Shown here: in pieces, positions 45,129 through 46,531 of the stretch
Numbering within the stretch: position 1 is the first letter of the stretch
Layout of the letters: each line of letters begins with the position of its first letter
NCBI GenBank assembly: GCA_041306185.1
Contig: JBFZFV010000060.1
Span: 1-46,531, forward strand
From: Candidatus Zixiibacteriota bacterium
GTDB lineage: Bacteria > Zixibacteria > MSB-5A5 > GN15 > PGXB01
Direction of reading: 5' to 3'
Length of the DNA: 46,531 bases
The notes under the pieces: model-generated
What the model saw: the letters and a program-made list of their open reading frames with translations, nothing else
What the model was told of the DNA's origin: nothing
The model's database searches: none
Made by a program: the position numbers and the translations under genes

Positions 45129-46531
45129 ATGAAACGATGGCGTTCTCCATTGGTATTTCTGATTTTCCTGTTGATGTTTTCCGGCGCGGCTCACGCGGAT
45201 ACGGTAACCGATACTATAAATTATAAATTACAAGTGGTAGGCTTCGGTAATAATGGTACGGGTTCCAATGTAATTTATGGCGAAGCTGGCGATACAATAG
45301 CGGTCCCCATATTAATCCAGAATCAACTGGCACTGGCGGGGTTTTTGATTCGCTTCACATATCCGTCCACTGTATTGGAACCGGTTTGGGCCGATAATTG
45401 TCCTTCGGATACCTGCGGGGGATTCTGCTGCGACCCCAATGATCCGCAATTAAATCCTGATGGGGGAATTTTTGACAGCGTGCGGGCAGTTGAACGAGGG
45501 CTCAGATCGGTTACCACTAATGTTGTGTATGCCGATTTGTGCGGATTGGTGTCGGACACCTTTTATAGTATAACTGCCCGCCATTTCCCGAATGACGACA
45601 GTATGCATGCAAATGTTATCATCATGAATATGTTTCCGACGCATACCTCCCAAAATAGCTGTGAAGATAACTACTTCAGGTGGCAGGTAATTGGAGCCGG
45701 TCCTCTTGATACCGTGGCCAGGGTATATTTTAGGGTCCGTGATGGCATATCGCCCGATGCTTTTGGCCTATTTGTAGTAAGAGATTTTATCGGGTCGAGC
45801 TCCAATGGTTGGGATAATCAATTTGCCGATTCAGCGGGACAATTAAATATTAAGCCAATCTGGGGGACCACCGAAACCGCCCCCATAGGTTACTTTGATG
45901 TGGGTGATCCCGGCACCGGTGGCGGCGAACCGAACTGGGATACCTGTACTTATGGAATATGTCAAACAACGCTGGGCGCGGATACCTGCTGTCTACCTTC
46001 GTCTAATCGCCAGCCGGTAGTAACGGTTGCGAATACCAGTTATACCATCGATCAGGGGACAGCAGTATCGTTTACGGTTAATGCCACCGATGCCGACGGC
46101 GATTTCCTGACTCTTCTGGCAATCGATGCCCCGACCGGAGCCAACATCACCCCGAGCAACCCGGTTACCGGAAACGGAAGCGCCTCGATGACTTTCAACT
46201 GGACCCCGAGTTTCAGCCAGTCCGGAACCTACAGCATCATCTTCCGAGCCACCGACGAAAACAATGCCGTCGGGCAACGAACCGTTTCGATTACGGTCAA
46301 CGAACTGGATATCGACCGGCTCTTCTCGACTTCGGCGTACGGAGCGAAACCGGTAGGCGGAATTCCCGGAGCTACTCCGGTAGCCTTCCCGATCGACCTG
46401 GTGTCATCGCGGACCGTCTACGGTATTCAGTTCGACATGATATATCCTTACACGATTGCGGAACTGGATTCGATCGTGGTCACCGACCGGACTCCGGAAT
46501 ACATTGTATATGAAAATATCGGCGACTATCC
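45129..46531 (+). CDS. Multi-cohesin scaffoldin-like protein, 3' end truncated by the window edge. Absent from the supplied ORF track.
   Basis: I translated this by hand, and the frame stays open to the end. SP MKRWRSPLVFLIFLLMFSGAAHA. Cohesin-like segment (YKLQVVGFGNNGTGSNVIYGEAGDTIAVPILIQNQLALAGFLIRFTYPSTVLEP). Cadherin/Ig-like segment (PVVTVANTSYTIDQGTAVSFTVNATDADGDFL...TYSIIFRATDENNAVGQRTVSITVNE). A second cohesin-like segment begins (IPGATPVAFPIDLVSSRTVYGIQFDMIYPYTIAELDSIVV). An in-frame ATG at 45081 is an alternative start. Confidence 0.75.
   Translation, partial: MKRWRSPLVFLIFLLMFSGAAHADTVTDTINYKLQVVGFGNNGTGSNVIYGEAGDTIAVPILIQNQLALAGFLIRFTYPSTVLEPVWADNCPSDTCGGFCCDPNDPQLNPDGGIFDSVRAVERGLRSVTTNVVYADLCGLVSDTFYSITARHFPNDDSMHANVIIMNMFPTHTSQNSCEDNYFRWQVIGAGPLDTVARVYFRVRDGISPDAFGLFVVRDFIGSSSNGWDNQFADSAGQLNIKPIWGTTETAPIGYFDVGDPGTGGGEPNWDTCTYGICQTTLGADTCCLPSSNRQPVVTVANTSYTIDQGTAVSFTVNATDADGDFLTLLAIDAPTGANITPSNPVTGNGSASMTFNWTPSFSQSGTYSIIFRATDENNAVGQRTVSITVNELDIDRLFSTSAYGAKPVGGIPGATPVAFPIDLVSSRTVYGIQFDMIYPYTIAELDSIVVTDRTPEYIVYENIGDY

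Noticed and set aside
1-46531. CRISPR arrays, rRNA, tRNA, prophage or integrative-element boundaries.
   Set aside because: No regularly spaced short direct repeats, no rRNA or tRNA-like conserved stretches, and no integrase, transposase or recombinase-like ORFs were recognisable by eye. A covariance-model or tRNA scan would be needed to rule out small RNAs fully.

Overview
About 46.5 kb of bacterial chromosome, apparently close to the replication origin, with no rRNA, tRNA, CRISPR array or transposase that I could recognise. GC looks mid-to-high 50s % by eye in the left two thirds.

Origin-proximal cluster (15.7-23.9 kb, + strand): rpmH-rnpA-yidD-yidC-mnmE-mnmG-rsmG-parA-parB, with two parS palindromes (one perfect 16-mer, one 15/16). 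A perfect DnaA box and two 1-mismatch boxes sit in an AT-rich spacer at 25.1-25.3 kb. Directly after parAB come an M23 (LytM-type) peptidase gene and a bactofilin gene.

Left third: a cyclophilin with a 5'-truncated N-terminal extension; an nfeD-flotillin operon ending in a small protein carrying beta-carbonic-anhydrase-like zinc motifs; a membrane metallophosphoesterase; a TonB-dependent receptor behind a roughly 300-nt structured leader with an intrinsic terminator at the RBS; a Na+/solute symporter; an M24 aminopeptidase; NUDIX and SET-domain genes; two alpha/beta hydrolases.

Middle: a MoxR AAA+ ATPase, then a 2-Cys peroxiredoxin whose peroxidatic-cysteine codon is an in-frame TGA ([15 protein letters not shown]) with a hairpin 2 nt downstream. 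I read this as a selenocysteine peroxiredoxin (PrxU-like) that the ORF track splits into two ORFs.

Right third (27.4 kb to the end) reads as an accessory cell-surface locus with visibly lower GC in places. It contains a 14-repeat Kelch-like propeller protein, a tandem LamG-lectin protein, and five proteins (one running off the contig end and absent from the ORF track) carrying cohesin-like beta-sandwich modules and dockerin-like Ca-binding repeat pairs. Three of the locus proteins (the Kelch propeller and the two scaffoldin-like proteins) end in type-A T9SS C-terminal sorting domains (NYPNPFNP...KMVLxK). This looks like a cellulosome-like, T9SS-anchored cohesin-dockerin surface assembly, and implies an FCB-group (Bacteroidota-related, possibly candidate-phylum) host. 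MoxR and its usual DUF58 partner are split by about 6.5 kb of this material.

Smaller signals: a three-member family of intergenic hairpins sharing a GCGTC(R)GG...CC(Y)GACGC stem with one compensatory A-T to G-C change; several rho-independent terminators; a canonical TTGACA-17-TATATT promoter.
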